In this document: piece by piece, positions 63,831 through 64,000 of the stretch
Layout: every line of letters starts with the position of its first letter
How positions within the stretch are numbered: position 1 is the stretch's first letter
Virus record (IMG/VR): IMGVR_UViG_3300007734_000753
Span: 1-64,000 of that record
Length of the DNA: 64,000 bases
Origin: a virus
Direction: 5' to 3' (one strand)
The notes under the pieces: generated by a model
Database searches by the model: none
Seen by the model: only the letters and a program-made list of their open reading frames with translations
Told to the model about the DNA's origin: nothing
Program-made: the position numbers and the translations under genes

Positions 63831-64000
63831 ATGCCTCTTCCGTTTAGAATACCAAAAACAGACAATACAATAACTAGCCCTCTAACTTCTTTCAACGAGG
63901 TCAGCGTTGCTGAATTATATCCGGCAGCTCAAGGAGACTTTATTTATGGTATAAATAATGTTGTATTTATATCCAGCTCGTATTCTGGCGGTTCAATTTC
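63831..64000 (+). CDS. Start of a late, probably structural, protein truncated by the window edge
   Basis: MPLPFRIPKTDNTITSPLTSFNEVSVAELYPAAQGDFIYG...; ACTATTTAC ends 3-4 nt upstream; no SD. Confidence 0.55.
   Translation, partial: MPLPFRIPKTDNTITSPLTSFNEVSVAELYPAAQGDFIYGINNVVFISSSYSGGSI

Noticed and set aside
1-64000. Alternative genetic code (TAG/TGA recoding)
   Set aside because: Core genes are full length under code 11, and TAG and TGA both end genes at the expected positions (capsid TAG, uvsX TGA).
1-64000. tRNA, rRNA or CRISPR array
   Set aside because: Intergenic spaces are short; I saw no cloverleaf or regularly spaced direct repeats. The repeats found are coding.

Overview
A 64 kb, AT-rich, entirely + strand, gene-dense segment of a large T4-like myovirus genome, read with the standard code. 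In order it contains: (1) a virion/baseplate-fibre block (1-12.5 kb); (2) RuvC-like resolvase, primase and a fused Mre11-Rad50 (gp47-gp46); (3) a three-gene cell-surface cassette with myxobacterial-style domains, made of a Cys-repeat stalk lipoprotein with a beta-prism lectin-like tip, an outer-membrane beta-barrel with a degenerate OmpA-C domain, and a MopE-repeat/beta-propeller lipoprotein; (4) a lysis block (M15 endolysin, spanin-like pair, holin-like protein); (5) head genes (terminase, portal, protease, bS21, scaffold, major capsid); (6) neck, tail and baseplate genes, with a frameshift-type chaperone before the tape measure; (7) replication/metabolism genes (compact PolA, tubulin-like protein, gp32, UvsX, peptide deformylase, RNase H, helicase, class II RNR) and an HNH homing endonuclease that duplicated the RNR C-terminus. 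Two promoter classes are visible: sigma70-like TTGACA-N17-TAtaaT before replication genes and an ACTATTTA(T) motif before structural and lysis genes. The best candidate for an undescribed system is the surface cassette at 17146-22127, which is TraAB-reminiscent and apparently expressed before lysis. All protein calls come from motif recognition by eye; no database searches were run.
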